From assembly GCA_002189035.1 (NCBI GenBank), contig NEEC01000010.1:2914001-2978000 (forward strand): a stretch of DNA of 64,000 bases, read 5' to 3'. Below the pieces are notes generated by a model. That model ran no database searches, had not been told where the DNA came from, and saw nothing but the letters and a program-made list of their open reading frames with translations. Made by a program: the position numbers and the translations under genes. Below are positions 1 through 14,676 of the stretch, piece by piece; positions within the stretch are counted from its first letter, which is position 1; every line of letters begins with the position of its first letter. Origin of the DNA: Utricularia gibba. Taxonomy: Eukaryota > Plantae > Magnoliophyta.

Positions 1-589
1 CACGAGTGCATGTTCTCAATCAAAGTTTGTGGGGCATTTGCTTCGGTTGAGTCGAGTTGGGAGGGAGATGGAGACGAAGGACCACACAAAGGAGAGGAGA
101 GTAGTTGATGCCTTTATGCTCCAAACAAACCAAAGGAAGCGATGCTCTTCTCCACCTCCTCTGCTACATTCCCACTTCACTTTTGCTTCTTTTCTCTTCA
201 TCTTCTTTACTTTTTTCGCCACCCCAGATGCGGATCATATGATCTGTCTCCATGACCTTCACCTTCCTTTTATAAATTTCCAAAAAAAATATTAAAAATA
301 CTTGCATAGTGGGCCGGGCTTTGAAATGGGTTTGGAAATAGTCATATTCCAGTTCTGGGCTTCAGGAGCCCAAAACGTTTTAAATTACGATTTTGCCACT
401 CACAACAAAAATTTAAAAAAAAAAGGAGCTGACTTTCGAGTGAGAGAAAATGGTCGCTGCAGCCGTTGGTGGTCTCACTTGGACTCCCGTGACTCGCTTT
501 CTTCTTCCCGAGTTTCTGGCTTCGAGATTCTTTGCGTCTTTTCGTCCCCGGAATACCGTCGCGGTGGAGGAGGAATAGCCACCAGAGTC

Positions 590-3500
590 ATGTTCTCGTC
601 GTCTCCGCGAACTGTGTCGGAAGGAGGGAAGATTACAGCTCCCTACGGTTCATGGAAGTCGCCCATCACCGCGGATGTTGCGGCTGTTGCAGATAGGCGC
701 CTCGGGGGCTTTGCTTCTGACGCTTTAGGTCGCCTGTATATTGCTGAGCCTCGTCCTGCGGAATCTGGGTATTCATATATAATTATCTTGTCTGCAATCC
801 AAGTGGTGATGATGATACGGCTTGTTTCTGTTGGTTGGGTTGTTGTTTGCAGAACATTTCATTTTTCAGTTGTTTTGGATGCGATAGGCATGCACTTTTT
901 CTGAAACGATGTATGGGTAAGAGATATGCTTTTTATTTACTTGATTGAAACATGTGGATGAATCAGGAGAATGGCGCTTATTAGGCGAGATGAAAGTGAG
1001 AAGGATGGCCAGATTGACATTACGCCCAAGGATTTTGCTGTCAGGACAACGGCTCAGGAATACGGTGGTGGGGCATTTAGCATTTTTGGCGAATCAGTTG
1101 TATTCTCAAATTACAAGGACCAGAGACTATACAGGATCTGCACTTCATCTAGTGGTGTGTGTGTTTTTTTTTTTTTTTTTTTTGCTGTAGTATCGTGAAT
1201 CTTAAAGTCTTTTGGCCATTCGCTTTTTGTTTGAAATTTTTGAATTAGTTCATGACTTAGAGGTTGCAGTTATTCTTGTCGTATTATTTTTCTGTACTGC
1301 AAAGTTATCTATTACTGATAGCTGCAGGTTCAACTCCTAAGCCATTAACACCGGATTATGGTGGGCCAGTTGTGTCTTACGCTGATGGTGTCTTTGATGC
1401 TCGGTTTAACCGATACCTGACTGTCATGGAAGGTGGATTATCATTTCTAGTATCGGTGATAAAAATATTCCCGCATCCTCATTTTTCATTCACGTTTCCT
1501 CATTTCTTTTTAACAGATCGTCGTGGAGATGCTATTAATTCAATCACAACTATTGTTTCAATTGATCTTTCTAGCAACAATGTGGAAGGTGCATATTCAG
1601 CATGTGGAAGCTTTTCTCTTTATGTTGGTGGCTGCGTATGACTATACATTGCCAAGAATGGGAATTAACGAGTTATTAGTTGATTTATTATCACGTTTTT
1701 TTTCTTATCTAAAAAAATCAGAACCAAGAAAATTAGTTGAAGGCAATGATTTCTATGCTTTTCCCCGGGTTGATCCAAAGGGAGAACGAATAGCCTGGAT
1801 TGAATGGGGACATCCCAATATGCCATGGGACCGATCTGAACTTTGGGTTGGCTACATATCTGAGAAAGGGTATAATATAAGATCTTTTCATTATTTTAGT
1901 ACAAGAAGCTTTTTCTTCTCTCCAACTACTTAATTCCTAGCTTAGATATTTTTTTCCTAGGGAAAATTCATTCTGAATGATGTATGAGGATATGACTTCC
2001 TTGATTGATACTTGCTTAAATTTTTGTTGATTGTCTCTGCTAAAAAGTTTATGTTACTTTGAATTTGAATGGAAACGCTGGTCAGGTATACAAGCGAAAC
2101 TGTTTATCTGAATACTGCATTTCAGGGAGATTATTGATCGAGTTTGCGTTGCTGGCGGTGATCCTTTGATTATAGAATCACCAACTGAACCGAAATGGTC
2201 ATCTGAAGGTATTAGCACCATACTGTTGCTTCACCTAGTAAACTTACTGTGGTAGTTGCGTTTCTTGTGTGACCAAGTTGATAAGAAGGCCGACTTTTTG
2301 TGCAGCTCCTAAAATAGGCTTATTGAAGCTGTTCCATTTTATGTATTGCAGGAGAACTTTTCTTTATTACTGACAGAGACACTGGTTTTTGGAACATCTA
2401 TCGATGGGTAAAAATTGCTGTTGCGCGTTTTAACTATTTATCATTATCAAATTGTGATTACCTGGGTAAACAGTCATATTTGCAGCTGTTTTCCATAATA
2501 AGTCAATTTTTCTACAGCATGAAAACCCATAATTCGAAGATATTTGACTGCGACTCGTTCACATTACTTTTCTCAGGTTGAGTCCACAAATGAAATACTA
2601 CATGTTTATTCTCTAAATGCTGAGTTCACGAAACCTTTGTGGGTTTTTGGATTGAGCTCCTTTGATTTTGTTTCCGGTCGGATGAACTTAATTGCTTGCA
2701 GCTACAGGTTGGCTATGTTCATAATGATACCTACTGATATTAGATTCCATTTTTCTTAAAAGAAAGAATGATTTTTTTGGAGACATCTGCAGGTTGAATG
2801 GAAGATCTCATCTTGGAGTTCTTGATGTTTTAAAGAGTGAATTGTCCTTACTTGATGTTCCATTCACAGATATTGATAACATAGTAAGTATCATAGTAGC
2901 ATTTTCTTGATATCAAGAAAATATGGATCGTGCCAATGGTGCCCTATCTCTGCAGTCATGCGGGCTTGATTGTGTATTCATTGAAGGAGCATCCCCTGCT
3001 CATCCTTCAGCAATTGCTGAGGTGCTGCTTTTATCTTGTTTAACTGACACTGAAAAAAGACCACATGTGTGATTCTAGCTTCTGCATTTTGCGGTTGTAG
3101 GTAACCTTAGATGATGAGAATTCTAAAGTTGTCGACTTCAAGATAGTCTGGTCTTCCTCTTCTATTAATCCATCATTGGTTCCATATATAAGCTCACCCG
3201 AATTGATAGAGTTCCCTACAGAAGAGCCTGGGAAATGTGCATATGCATATTTTTACCCCCAACCAACCCTCAATTTCAAGCTAGTTCTGAAGAGAAGCCT
3301 CCATTGTTGCTGAAGAGCCATGGTACCCTTTTGCTTTTTAGGCTAAGAGGATTAAAGCCACGCTTAAAATTTTTGGTGAATAACTATATCTTAACTTTGT
3401 ATTGGCACACCCTGGCTTCGCAGCAACTGGGGGGATTTGCTTTTTGTCTAACATTAACCGCATTAAATACATCTGCATCTTATTGCTTAATTGTATCCGA

Positions 3501-4848
3501 AACAGGAGGCCCTACTGCAGAGTCTCGAGGCATTTTAAATCTTTCTGTCCAGTTCTGGACAAGTCGTGGTTGGGCTTTTGTGGATGTCAACTATGGTGGA
3601 AGTACTGGTATGATGGATTTTCAACCTTTTCTGGATTTCTTTGACTTGATAAAGCTGGCTGGAAACTCACGCCTTGAGTTAAATTCAGGCTATGGTCGGG
3701 AATATCGAAACAGGCTTCTTGGTAAATGGGGAGTCGTTGATGTGAATGACTGCTGCAGTTGTGCTAAGTTTCTGGTAGTAAGAAAATGTTGTCATTCATG
3801 TCCATTTCATGTCTAAATAGAATCCCCAAGCCCAGTATCATTTCAATTGTTAGGGTATTGGAGCAGCTAGTAGATTTTGAACTTTATCCCTTAAATCTCC
3901 GGCCGCAATATCCTTTAGATTTTCCCTCTAATCCTTCCAACTTCGAAGTCAGTGATATGATTCGCTTTGACAGGCCGGTAGTGGAAAAGTTGATGGTGAA
4001 AGATTATGCATTACTGGAGGTTCTGCTGGTGGATACACAACGTTGGCTGCACTTGCATTTCGAGACATCTTCAAAGCTGGGGCTTCCTTGTATGGGGTAT
4101 GTGTTTGATAATGATCATTTCAGATGAAAATTTCCTTTTTTTTCAGGACGTAAGGATCTTGATCACGAGGAAATCTACAGGTGGCTGATTTGCATTCACT
4201 GCGGGCGGACACTCACAAATTTGAATCCCGTTATATGGACAACCTTGTTGGTAGCACTCAATTCTGACACATTCATCAGTGGCATATTCCAGACTCAGTT
4301 CTTCCCCTTCCTGAACCATTATGATTTGAATCTGATTGATTGCAGGAGATGAGACTGCATACATTGAGAGATCACCAATAAACTTCGTGGATAAATTTTC
4401 CTGCCCCATAATTTTATTTCAAGGATTAGAAGACAAGGTAGTTCAGAAACCTGAACTAGTAATTTTCCATTCACGACAGAGACGTGTATTATCAACTTTT
4501 TTTCGTGTAATCTTTTCTGGAGGTTCTTGCATTCTGAAGAGAATGTTTCATCTGCAGATAGTCCTGCCAAATCAAGCACGAAAAATCTACAAAGCACTCA
4601 AGGAAAGAGGTCTGCCTGTTGCTCTTGTGGAGTACGAGGGAGAACAACATGGTTTTCGCAAGGTGGGTTAATGAGTTCAAGGGGATGATAGCTTCATCTC
4701 ATGGTCTCCTCTCATCATTCTATCTGTGCAGGCTGAGAATATAAAGTTCACCCTGGAACAGCAGATGGTGTTCTTTGCTCGTCTAGTAGGCGGGTTCGAA
4801 GTAGCTGATGACATCACTCCCATCAAAATAGATAATCTCGACGTGTGA
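590..4848 (+). CDS. S9/prolyl-oligopeptidase family acylaminoacyl-peptidase-like alpha/beta hydrolase, multi-exon; the true start may be ATG450
   Basis: N-terminal [13 protein letters not shown]. Nucleophile motif ITGGSAGGY (exon about 3974-4096), Asp in FQGLEDK, His in EQHGFRK. GT-AG exons were traced to TGA 4846-4848. There is a -1 frameshift in the C-run 3256-3260 (YPPTNPQF restored by one extra C). Confidence 0.88.
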
Positions 4849-5815
4849 CGATCCAACTGCAGGTATACAATGAGAAGATCACGTTGTTGGAAATTGAGAA
4901 CTAGATGCATTTTCAAGGAGACATGAGGCATACTGTGAGAATAATAAAATGTCAGAGAACTCTCTACTTGCGACTTCCCTTCTCAAGAATCATTAAGATC
5001 ACCAGACTTGATCTCTTGTTCCAGAAACAGAGAAGCGATGGGGATTCCAAGTACTTCGTCTGGGTTTGGAAACAGCATTGCCAAAGTCTATAGACAGAAA
5101 CTCTTGTCCGCCATTGGCACCCCCCTCGGCTGTAACGTGGTATAATGATGACGTGTAGTTTGAGAGCATCTGTCCGGCCCCAATCCCCGGCTTCCTGGGT
5201 TTCGGACATCCAGGGGAGATGTCCAGACACGGACAAGCACAATTATAAATTTCAGAAACGAACTGACGAAGAAAGGATTGGTCTGTTTGTCGCCCCGCTC
5301 ACCCGCGGCGGACCCAGTCGGGCAAATCGGCAACAACAAAAGCATCAGAAGGAACCTGGAATGATGGGGACGTGTCATTTTGTTAGCCGATAGTGATTGC
5401 CCCTCGTTTCGATTCACCGGAGAAGAGTCTTGCATAAGCGAATCCCAGAAATCAACTAAAAAGGCGGATTCTTTACGCCAGATTTTTCACGCTTCTTTAT
5501 CGACTCACAGAATATACAAGTGAAGCGCATACCGTAGCTGTATTTCTGTATCTGAAGCTGGAGAGTAGGACCAAACAAAACGTTACCGGAATATCTCGTA
5601 TGTGCGTGGTTTTTCCCTCTGCCTGTCTCTTCCCATTTTGAGTTGTGAGTTCAGGTAGATACTTCCCGTTCTTGGCTTCAAGTGGTCAACGTATTGGGTG
5701 CTGAGTGATTTTTGTGGATTTGGGTTCTTATTTGCTGATTTCTTATGTTGGTGTTTGTGTCCAGTTTCTTGTAGTAATCTGTGGTTGTTGCTGATTAGTT
5801 AATGCAGGAGGTGCT

Positions 5816-8800
5816 ATGGGAACCAATATCCAGTCTGCTGGTCTTCTTGATGCTCTGAAAATGGAGAGCTTTCGCACTATTCTGACTCACAAGTATCCGT
5901 ATCCGCATGAGCATTCACGGCATGCTATTATTGCTGTTTTCATTGGATGCTTATTCTTCATCTCATCGGACAACATGAGTAATCTTATTCAGAAGTTAGA
6001 CAGCAATATTAAGTGGTGGTCGATGTATGCCTGTTTGCTTGGCTTCTTCTACTTTTTTTCCTCTCCATTTATCGGGAAAACAATCAAGCCGAGCTATTCC
6101 AACTTTAGTCGCTGGTGCGCCATCTTTTGTTTATTCTTAAAGTTGTTGTCAATTTTTCCACGTGCTAGAAAACAGACATTCATTATTTGAATAACTGTTA
6201 TCAGGTACATAGCTTGGATATTGCTGGCTGCATTGTATCATCTTCCGAGTTTTCAATCAATGGGGGTTGACTTGAGAATGAACCTATCCCTGTTTTTATC
6301 AATATATGTTTCATCAGTTGTGTTTCTTCTAGTCTTTCACATCTTATTCATCGGTCTATGGTACGTTGGCCTTGTTGCTCGTGTTGCTGGCAGGCGACCA
6401 GCTATTCTGACAATTCTTCAAAATTGTGCTGTAAGTCCTGAAAATGCGCCCCCCCCCTCCCTAAAAAAAGCTGACATCCTTGATTCTTATTGCCACCATC
6501 ATTTTGTGTAGGTTATAAGTATAGCATGTTGTGTATTTTATAGCCACTGTGGGAATCGTTCAAATATCAAAGACAGGACGCTGGAAAGAAAGTTCTCAGG
6601 ATGGTTCAGTCTTTTCAAAAAAGAAGAGAGAAATTCATGGCTTGCAAAATTTGTCCGCATGAACGAGTTTAAAGATCAAGTTTGTTCATCTTGGTTTGCT
6701 CCAGTTGGGTCAGCTCATGACTACCCTTTTTTATCCAAATGGGCCATTTACGGGGAAGTATGTATTCCGTATCCTGTTCGGATTATTATTATACTGCTGT
6801 GTCAAATGTGTGTGTTAAAGTATTCTGCATTGCATCTTTCAGCTTTCTTGCGGAGGTGGCAACTGTGCAGAATCTCCAGCTGAGATATCACCAATATATT
6901 CATTGTGGGCGACTTTTATTGGCCTGTATATTGCTAATTATGTTGTGAAAGATCAACTGGGTGAGTATTAACTAGATGCTTTATGGTCATCCTGAAATCA
7001 TATGATTCAGTGGGTACTTGTAAAATGAATATTCTTTTGCAGTATGGAAACTTTGTTTTGCGAAATTTATCGGCCTCCCCCAACTTTGTCCTGCTCTTTT
7101 TTTTTTCACAAGGATTCTGTGCTAATGGGCTCTACGCATTAACAGGTGGGCGCTTACTCACCCTATGTCTAGAAAAGAGTTTGAGGAGATGAAGGAAAAA
7201 CAAATGAAGCCCGAGTTTTTGGATATGGTGCCTTGGTATTCCGGGTAGCATTATCCTTCTCTTGACTCAGTATAGAAGCACATTTTCTTGATATCTTTCG
7301 AACTCGCTCATATCGTCTTCGTGATCAATTTTAGGACTTCAGCTGATTTATTCAAGACAGTTTTCGACTTACTGGTATCAGTAACTGTGTTTGTTGGTCG
7401 CTTTGACATGCGTATGATGCAGGTGACTTAACCTTATGCCTCTTTTGATGGGTTTTAATCATTCTTGGTGATAGCCAAGTCATTATAAAGTATCTGTGTA
7501 TGCCCATTGGTTTTGCGTAGTTGCTCATCTCCATGTGCATATCGTGTCTGTAGTTATATTCCATGACAAGACAGTTACCTATGGCTTCATATTTGTTATT
7601 ACTTTTTCTTAGGCGGCAATGAGCAAGGTGGATGATGCAACTAAGAGAGATGATCTTCTGTATGATCAGTTTTGTGAGCGAGATGAACTATGGTTTGACT
7701 TTATGGCTGACACTGGCGATGGTGGAAATTCTTCATATGCCGTGGCACGACTTCTTGCCCAGCCATCTATTCAGATACAAAATAATGATCCCTTGATGCG
7801 TGGTGACCTACTTCTCATTGGCGGTGATCTTGCGTAAGCTCTTTGACATCTTTTTTACCCAGAGAGTTTTATGGAATTGCTTATTTCGTGGTGATCTTTG
7901 TCTTGCTGTTTTGCAACTTTGAAATACAGCCACTATATCACTATGCTTGACTAGCTGGTGGCGCTTATTAGTTCAATTGGGTTTTTTCTTTACTCTCAGG
8001 TATCCTAATCCATCTGCTTTTACATATGAAAAGCGTCTTTTTCGTCCCTTTGAGTATGCTCTCCAGCCTCCTCTATGGTATAAAGATGAGCATGTTGCTG
8101 TTAATAAACCAGAATTGCCAACAGATGTGTTGACCCTAAAGCAGTATGATGGCCCTCAATGCTTTGCAATACCTGGAAATCATGGTAACTTTAATTATTT
8201 GGTTGCCTACTCTTCTTTGTTTAGCAATTCAGACTCGATTTTCTTTTCTGATATGCAGATTGGTTCGATGGTCTTCAGACTTTTATGCGGTATATTTGTC
8301 ACAAGAGCTGGCTTGGTGGATGGTTTATGCCCCAAAAGAAAAGTTATTTTGCCCTTCAGCTGCCGAAGGGGTGGTGGATATTTGGCCTTGACCTTGCTCT
8401 CCATGGTGACATTGATGCTTACCAATTCAAATTCTTCTCAGAATTGATAAAGGAAAAGGTAATACAATTCCCCACTCCATTACGTACTTGCTCATTGCTT
8501 GGTCACTGATTATCAATATATGAGCAGCCTTCTTTTTGTTTTCCCAGATTGGGGGGTATGATTCTGTGATCATCATGACCCATGAGCCTGCTTGGATTCT
8601 GGATTGGTACTGGGATAATGTGAGTGGGAAGAACATTTCTTACCTCATACAGGACCATTTGAAAGGGAGGTGTAAGCTTCGAATAGCCGGGGACCTGCAT
8701 CATTACATGCGGCATTCATATTCTCCATCTGACAATCCAGTGTCTGTGCAACATTTTCTCGTTAATGGGTGTGGTGGGGCATTTTTGCATCCAACACATG

Positions 8801-10284
8801 TTTTTTGTGGTTTCAATCGTGCATATGGAACAGCGTATGAATGCAAGGCTGCCTACCCCTCATTTGAGGACTCGAGCAGGGTATGCAAAAGAAACTCTCG
8901 TGTCAAGTTTTTTCCTTTTTTGATTGTGTTTGAGCCCCTCATTATTTCTTGATTCTGGTGCAGATTGCTCTGGGAAATATATTGGAGTTCAGGAAGAAAA
9001 ATTGGCAGTTCGATTTTATAGGCGGAATGATTTATTTTGCCTTGGCTTTCTCCATGTTTCCACAGGTAGTATATACGCAAGTGTCGTTTTGGAATTAACT
9101 GTAATTTAGCTCAAACCTGACTTCTAAATTTGCAACCTTTCGTCCAGTGCAAACTACAACATATTTTACTTGAAGATTCGTTTCCTGGTTTCATAAAGAG
9201 CTTTTTCAGCACAGTTTTGGATTCTTTTCTGTATGTGATTGGAAGCTCATGGGTCTCCTTGGCTGGTGCTCTTCTTCTGTTAGCTTTTGCTGTTGCTTTT
9301 GTTCCTTCAAAAGCATCTTTAAAGAAACGGGCAGTAATAGGAGTTCTCCATGTCACTGCACACCTTTCTGCTGCTCTCATTCTGTCATTGCTCCTCGAGT
9401 TGGGTATTGAAACTTGCATCAGGCATAAATTGTTGGCAACTTCAGGTGAATTTTCAACTCTCGTGCTAAACAACTTCCTTTCTCTGGATCTGATCATTCT
9501 GGTTTCAGGTTACCACACCTTGTATGAGTGGTATCGATCGGTGGAGAGCGAGCATTTCCCTGATCCCACTGGCCTACGTGCTCGAATCGAGCAGTGGACC
9601 CTCGGCATCTATCCTGCATGCATCAAGTATCTGATGTCTGCATTTGATGTTCCTGAGGTACAGGAGCTTCTCTGCTGCATAGTTACTCCAAACAAGACGA
9701 CTCCTTGAACTGATTCTGCCCATTTTCTCAGGTGATGGCCGTGAGCCGAACCAGCATCTGCAAAAACAGTATGGATTCACTCTCCCGTGGAATTGCTGTC
9801 ATGTACTACGCTTCTGTGTTTCTTTATTTCTGGGTGTTCTCCACCCCCGTCGTGTCCCTGATCTTCGGCAGCTACCTCTACATCTGCGTCAACTGGCTTC
9901 ACATCCACTTTGACGAAGCCTTTTCCTCCCTCCGCATTGCCAACTACAAGTCCTTCACTCGGTTCCACATAAACCGAAATGGTGATCTGAAAGTCTTCAC
10001 TCTCGCCGTCGACAAGGTAAGCGAAGGTAGACATCTACCTGCACTTGATGAATCCGGCGACTCCCTTATCGTTTTATGGTGTTTGCTTCACGAAGGTGCC
10101 GAAGAAATGGAAGCTGGATCCCAAATGGGAAGCTGAATCCAAGACCTCCCCCAGTCTCAGTAGCCACAAGAGGAAGTTCCCGAGCAAGTGGCGGGCGATC
10201 TTCTCCCACCACGACCCAATCAACACTGTGCGGATCGTTGATGAGTTTTCCATCCAAAGAGCAGTGAAGCCGGAGACTTCTTGA
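5816..10284 (+). CDS. Calcineurin-like metallophosphoesterase superfamily membrane protein (plant ~1000-aa type)
   Basis: Hydrophobic N-terminus (YPYPHEHSRHAIIAV). Metallophos motifs DFMADTGDGG, GGDLAYP, PGNHDWFDG, THEP, GDLHHY and GGAFLHPTH lie across about 15 GT-AG exons; stop at 10282-10284. One G is missing at about 6947 (YVVERSTG|WALTHP restored). Confidence 0.9.
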
Positions 10285-10599
10285 AGGTACCACGAATGTA
10301 CACGCCGCGCCGTCGCGATATGTAGTGGTTCAGCGAGCCACCGCAACATTTTTGGATGCCGTTTGGACTCGCCACACTGATCACTGATGCAACAGTAGCA
10401 ATACCATGTTTTGTACCGGAAGCGGCCGCCGTTCTGTTCTGATTCGAACGACGTTCGGCCGGTCGGTCGTCTTCTTCTCCGGTTGAAAATCATAAATCAT
10501 TTTATTTATGTATTCCTGTGGGAGGGGTAGTGGGGTCCAGAGTCCAGATTCCAGGGTCCGATAAAAGATTAGACATTTTTCTTCCAGCACTCCAACACA

Positions 10600-12353
10600 A
10601 TGGAGGATTCATCTGGAAAACCTTCGCCGATACCGCCGTCACTGAACCCCTTGTTGTCCCTGTCGAGTTTCGTCAACAGGGTGGGGGCTAATATCGCCGC
10701 GAGGATCGACGGAACGAGGCGCTTCGCCGCCGCCGCTTTCCCGCCGATGTCCTTACCTTTTGCCTCCATTTCTCAGCGGCAAGGAGCCCAAGCGGAAGCT
10801 TCGCCTAATTCGGCTCATATTGCGAGAAGTCTCGCTGGAACCTCGGTTTACACCGTCAGCAACATGAACAATGAGTTCGTCTTGATATCCGACCCAGATG
10901 GCGTGAAGTCCATTGGATTGCTTTGTTTTCGGAAGGAAGACGCTGAAGCGTTTCTGGCCCAGGTGAAAATTCGCAACTTTTTTCTTGTTTCATGCGGAAG
11001 TAATGCAATTTCTGTGGGTTATACAGGCAAAAGAAGACGAACAGATACATTCTAAAGATTGTTTCTTGTACTGCGTTCTAAGTAATGGCATGTCGTTGCG
11101 TGTGATGCATTGTGCTTGTTTCGCTCGGTTGACGTATTTGCCAAATCAAGAATCTGCTTTGGTGTTGTTTTAGGCGCGTTTAAGAAAAGGACTGAAAGGA
11201 GGTGCAAAAGTGGTTCCAATATCTCTTGATCAGGTTAGCCATTTTGTTGGAGGTTTGATGATTTGTGTCACGATTTGCAGGCCATACTAATTCTTTTTGG
11301 CTCTGATCCTCTGTGCTTTGCAGGTGTATATGCTGAAAGTCGAAGGAATAGCATTCCGATTCTTACCAGATCCTGTTCAAATAAGACATGCTTTGGAGGT
11401 TCTGCATAATTTTAGTTCATTATACATTAAAACATGTAGAACTTGCCTTGTTTTTCCTGAAATTTTTAGAGGTACAAGGAATGCTTGAGGGTGCTAACTT
11501 GGCTTACTCCAGTATAAAAAAAACTTACCGGTCTCTGTGTCGAATATATTTTTGATTGTAGAGTTATTTCGAGTGCGTTTTCAACAAAACTGTTTCACAT
11601 CGTCCATATTCTTCTTCTTCAGTTAAGAGCATCAGACAGTTTTACTGGTTTTGATGGTGTTCCAGTTTTTCAGGTAAAACTTTTTTTTTTTTTTTTTTTG
11701 CATATGATCGTATGCAAAGTCTCTGGTTCAATAAACAATGCTCACCTTAAGAAAGTGCTTTTTGTATGCAGTCTGACCTTCTAGTCGTTAAAAAACAGAA
11801 CAGGCAGTATTGCCCGATATATTTCCAGAAGGTGCACTTGATTTTGGCCTTTTTGATGCTATATTGAAGTAAACTCCGGCTTGCTGAAAACCTATGTTTC
11901 CTCTTTGATAACACAGGAAGATTTAGAGAGAGCATTGTCAACAGGAACCAGGCGAAGAAGCATTTCTTCTCAGTTGGTGGTAATATAATCTTGCTTCTGC
12001 AAATATAAGCTGCAACCCTGTACTCAGAATGGAGTAATTGATTGCATTTCTGGAACGGGAATCCGTCTTCTTGTTCATGTTCTCACAGGTTGGAAGTCTT
12101 GAGGACGTTCTGAAGAAGATGGAGGTAATCTCAAAAGATGAACTCACATTCATTGTGGGGTGATCTAAAATGTGTCATTTTTTCGGAATCGAACCTTCCA
12201 ACTGATCAGATGTTCAGTTACCCACATCCATTTCATTGATTATTGCATGTTTCTGAACAGATAAGCGAAGAGAATTCAGGATGGAAAGACCTGATCTTCA
12301 TTCCACCAGGAAAGAGCCATTCTCAGCACATTCAGGAAATTTCTCGTGACTGA
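10600..12353 (+). CDS. TIC22: Chloroplast import protein Tic22
   Basis: LAGTSVYTVSNMNNEFVLISD, LLCFRKEDAEAFL, VYMLKVEGIAFRFLPDPVQI, FDGVPVFQSDLLVVKK and VGSLEDVLKKME, in 8 GT-AG exons ending at TGA 12351-12353. Confidence 0.93.
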
Positions 12354-12779
12354 TGCATCCAGATTTACTGTGAGCAGCAAAATCTTGATCCTCTTCTCTC
12401 TATTCTCATTGGAGCATTGGTTTTTGGCCACCCCGACTAAAGTATCGAGCATTTAGCGCCGGAGAAGACTAGGCTCTCCGGCGACTTGCTTTTTGATATG
12501 CTTTTTTTTTTCTTGACATGAAGACATCGCTATGGAAGGTGGTTGAGTGGATATGGAAAATAAAACGTAGCCTTTACACATTCCAAAGTGAACGAAGCAA
12601 CACATGACATTGACAGTATAACCTCAGAAGTTGGTTTTGTTCAACCAACCATCCTCTTTCTTGTGCAACTTTCAATAAGAATTGTTCAGCATGTGTCTTA
12701 CCAGAAGAAGAAGCAGGTTCAGCAACAAAAACGCCATCCCTGGAGCCAAGATTTGAATGAGAATGTTATCAGACAAACC

Positions 12780-14676
12780 ATGGAGTTGAGAAGAATGATC
12801 AAATCCGCTTCAGCAAAAGCAATCATCATCAAAATCAACCTCATCTTCCTGACATTGTTCCTGGTTCCTTATGCAATCTTCCCTTTCCTCTACCGTTCCA
12901 GCTCAAACTACACCAAGCACGCTGCCTCGTTGATTGTGTGCTCATTCAGAGAGTGTCATCATGAGGTAAGGTGAGGTAACTCTTCAGCTGCAAAGAACAT
13001 ATTTTTCCTGCTGCCAACTTTGATCTCTTTCTCTTCCAGAGTGAAACTGGGATCAAGATGAAATCCATCGTAGAAGAGCCGAAAGCGGCTCCCATCAATG
13101 CACAGGAGCCAAACCTCTTGAGCCGGATGGTCATGGGAGGAATGAGAATTGGGACAGTGAACATGGAAGGGGAAGATATGTCTGAATGGAAGAGTCATCC
13201 TCACATGTTTCCAATAGCTTTTGAGAAGGTTTCTGAGTTTCTGCAATGGAAGGATGTTTTCCCAGAGTGGATAGACGAAGAAGAAGAGTTTTCCGGCCCA
13301 TCTTGCCCTGAGATTCCGATGCCAAATTGGGAGGATCATGGGCATATGGACGTGCTGGTTGCAAAACTGCCTTGCAGAAGGGATGATGGACAGGGGTGGA
13401 ACAGGGATGTTCTTAGGCTACAAGTGCACCTTGTGGCGGCGAACGCCGCCGTGAGGAGGGGGAAATGGGATAGGAAACGGCGGATGAAGGTGATCCTTTT
13501 GAGCCAATGTGAACCGATGATTGAGTTTTTCCGGTGCGATGATCTGGTGGCGAGGGAGGGGGAATGGTGGTTTTACATGGTGGAAATGGGGAGGTTACAG
13601 CAGAAAGTTGAAATGCCGGTGGGGTCTTGCAATTTGGCTCTACCTCTCTGGGAAAAAGGTATCCGTCATTCCCCTCCGACGAACACATGTTCCTTTCTCG
13701 CCGGATAATTCCAATGATGACTGTCAACCAATATAGGACTCAACAAGGTGTACGACGCATCGAAGCTCAGAGCAATGGCGGAAAGCTCCGACGGAGGAGA
13801 AGCCTACGCTACCGTTCTCCACTCATCGGAATCTTACGTCTGCGGCGCATTAGCCTTGGCGCAGAGTTTGTTGTCGACAAAGACGAGTCGCCCCCTCATC
13901 CTCCTCCTCGACAATTCGATCTCTGCGCCCAAACGCGCGGCCCTCTCTCAGGCCGGCTGGAGCCTGCGAATTATCAAACGCATCCGAAACCCTAGGGCCG
14001 AAAAGGGTACCTACAACGAATACAATTACAGCAAGCTCCGGTTATGGCAGCTCACCCAGTACCGGAAAATCATCTTCATCGACTCCGACGTCCTGATCCT
14101 ACGCAACATTGACTTCCTCTTCCAATTTCCCCAGATGTCCGCAGCCGGAAACGACGGCTCCATCTTTAATTCCGGCGTGATGGTAATCGAGCCATCTAAT
14201 TGCACTTTCCGCATGCTAATGCGTAGACGGAAGGAAATCATCTCGTATAACGGCGGGGATCAGGGCTTCCTCAACGAGATCTTCGTCTGGTGGCACCGTC
14301 TCCCCGGCGAATCAATTTCCTCAAGAATTTCTGGTCGAATTACTCCGTCGAGGCCAGCTTCAAGAACCAGCTTTTCCGATCAGATCCCCCCAAGCTATAC
14401 GCAATTCACTACCTCGGGTTGAAGCCATGGTTGTGCTACAGAGACTACGACTGCAATTGGGATGTCGCCGATCAACGCGTCTACGCTAGCGACGATGCTC
14501 ACTCCCGGTGGTGGAGGACTCACGACGCCATGGACTACAATCTCCGGAAAATGTGCCGGCTGACGGCCGATCGGAAAAACGAGCTCCAGTGGGAGAGACA
14601 TCTTGCTAGAGAAATGGCGTTTGACGAACGCCGCCATTGGAGTATAAACGTCACCGATTCCAGGAAACTCGACTGA
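12780..14676 (+). CDS. GUX2: GT8 xylan alpha-glucuronosyltransferase (GUX2/PGSIP3-like)
   Basis: Exons 12780-12965, 13040-13658 and 13737-14676. N-terminal TM anchor, EAYATVLHSSESYVCGA, DxD motif IFIDSD, NGGDQGFLN and HYLGLKPW. One C is missing at 14302-14305 (WHRLPRRINFLKNFW restored). Confidence 0.92.

Noticed and set aside
1-300. Short ORFs at the window start (16-222 minus, 29-295 plus)
   Set aside because: No recognisable motif and low-complexity composition; probably UTR or promoter of flanking genes.
5145-5266. C-box (ATGATGA) and D-box (CTGA) pair around a GGACATC/GATGTCC hairpin as a C/D snoRNA
   Set aside because: There is no terminal stem and no rRNA guide I could recognise. The overlapping TGACGTGT and nearby ACGTGTC fit promoter elements of the downstream gene better.
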